NCBI RefSeq assembly: GCF_006345805.1
Contig: NW_021823741.1
Location: 1 to 21,028 of the forward strand
Source of the DNA: Octopus sinensis
Taxonomy: Eukaryota
DNA: 21,028 nt
Direction: 5' to 3'
Positions 19,591 through 21,028 of the stretch are shown here, piece after piece. Each line of letters opens with the position of its first letter. Positions within the stretch are counted from its first letter, which is position 1. A program made the position numbers and the translations under genes. The notes under the pieces were generated by a model. The model made no database searches and had not been told where the DNA came from. It saw only the letters and a list, made by a program, of their open reading frames with translations.

Positions 19591-19909
19591 ATAATAGCAA
19601 ATAGCGAATATAGTACAGGATTTCCTTATGATTATCATGAATATTTTTGGTATTGGCTATCAACGATCTTGACTAAGCACCCAACATGATGTCAGAGATA
19701 CGGTGAGCTAAACTCTATGGGTGTGCCATATTCGGTGATCGTCTGCTATATCTTTGCCTTCATATTTCCAAATGGTGCTTTATTTATTTCACTAGAAAAT
19801 AAATATTCCGCCGCCACACTATCAGTAATATTTCAGTGATAAATATTTATGGGAGTAATAAAAATATTCCGAGTAGTTTCATTTGAACCTAGTCATGTCT
19901 GATAAGACA

Positions 19910-19980
19910 ACAATAACAATAAAATAGTAATAATAATAATAATAATAACAACAACCACAACAAACAACAACACACTAATA

Positions 19981-20012
<32 letters not shown>

Positions 20013-20074
20013 TATTAATAGTAATATAATAGTAATAGTAATATAATAATAAAAATAAAAAAATAATAATAATA

Positions 20075-20128
<54 letters not shown>

Positions 20129-20400
20129 TAATAATAATAATATCAACAATACAACAACAACTACAACTATAACAACAAAAATAGAACTAGAACTGTTGTA
20201 AATGTTGTTCTTGTTATTGCTGTTTTTCAATGCTGCTGCAGTTTTTGGCGGTAGTTATAGCGGTGATAGTGGTGGCGATGGTGGTATTGCTGATGTTGTT
20301 GTCATTGATGTGACAGTTGCTGTCGTTCTTTTTGTTGTTGCTACAGTTATTGTTGTTGTTGTTGTTGTTGTTGTGTTGTTGTTGTCCATTTTGCCATATT
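19910..20400. repeat. (AAT)n/(AAC)n tract grading into degenerate (GTT/GGT/GCT)n
   Basis: Directly visible. Confidence 0.9.
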
Positions 20401-20523
20401 TATCCACGGATTTAAGGGGATTTTCGTTTTACGATTGTTAGAGATCATGGCAATATTTATTTGAATTGCTTATTTTCTTCTAACATAATGGGGATATACA
20501 ACGCACACACGTGTATACATATA

Positions 20524-20526
20524 TGT

Positions 20527-20595
<69 letters not shown>

Positions 20596-20598
20596 TGA
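20524..20598. repeat. (TG)n microsatellite
   Basis: Directly visible. Confidence 0.95.
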
Positions 20599-20626
20599 AT
20601 GCACGTGTAAACATATATACATATAT

Positions 20627-20859
20627 GAAGGCGGCGAGCTGGCAGAAACGTTAGCACGCCGGGCGAAATGCGTAGCCATATTTCGTCTGCCGTTACGTTC
20701 TGAGTTCAAATTCCGCCGAGGTCGACTTTACCTTTCATCCTTTCGGGGTCGATAAATTAAGTACCAGTTACGCACTGGGGTCAATGTAATCGACATAATC
20801 CCTTTGTCCGTCCTTGTTTGTCCTCTCTATGTTTAGCCCCTTGTGGGTAGTAAAGAAAT
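20627..20859 (+). mobile_element. SINE family B, full-length X-type monomer
   Basis: GGCGGCGAGCTGGCAGAAACGTTAGC (A-box-like), GAGTTCAAATTCC (B-box-like), tail ...GTGGGTAGTAAAGAAAT. A possible 12-bp TSD ATATATACATAT lies at 20613-20624 and 20860-20871, in low-complexity context. Confidence 0.93.
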
Positions 20860-20909
20860 ATATATACATATGTATGCATACACACACACACATACACACT
20901 TGTACTCAA

Positions 20910-21028
20910 TGCAGTCACTGGTCTGTCGTTATGCTAGAGCACCGTCTAACAGGATTTACTCGTTCAAATCAAGCTCCGATACTTCTCTTTAAGTCAAGTA
21001 TTCGCGCCATCTATTCTCTTTTTGCTGA
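20910..21028 (-). mobile_element. Highly diverged SINE family A 3' end, cut by the window edge
   Basis: cagtcactggtctgtcgttatgctagagcaccgtct...tctctttttgctga aligns loosely to cagtcatttgactgcggccatgctggagcaccg...tctcttttgccga. Confidence 0.5.

Noticed and set aside
19124-19689. ORFs with poly-L, poly-F, poly-K and poly-E (including the longest, 179 aa)
   Set aside because: All derive from the (GAA)38 tract and neighbouring cryptic triplet repeats.

Overview
Eukaryotic, AT-rich, microsatellite- and transposon-dense non-coding DNA, intronic or intergenic. The SINE families resemble those I recall from Octopus (coleoid cephalopod) genomes; this assignment is from memory, not a search. No intact protein-coding gene, rRNA, true tRNA or CRISPR array is supported, and most listed ORFs are translations of simple repeats. 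Recognisable content: about 20 copies or fragments of three tRNA-derived SINE families (labelled A, B, C here), two CR1/L2-like LINE ORF2 remnants, a decayed hAT (SPIN/GTF2IRD2-like) transposase interrupted by SINEs, and an internally deleted Tc1/mariner (maT/DD37D-like) transposase. There are also two ~190-nt Penelope-LTR-like elements carrying a minimal type I hammerhead-like fold with a non-canonical core. The best leads are this hammerhead variant, a TSD-flanked dimeric SINE, nested inverted SINEs able to form dsRNA, and a 60-codon ORF island with coding-like bias. I cannot claim a clearly new biological system from the sequence alone.
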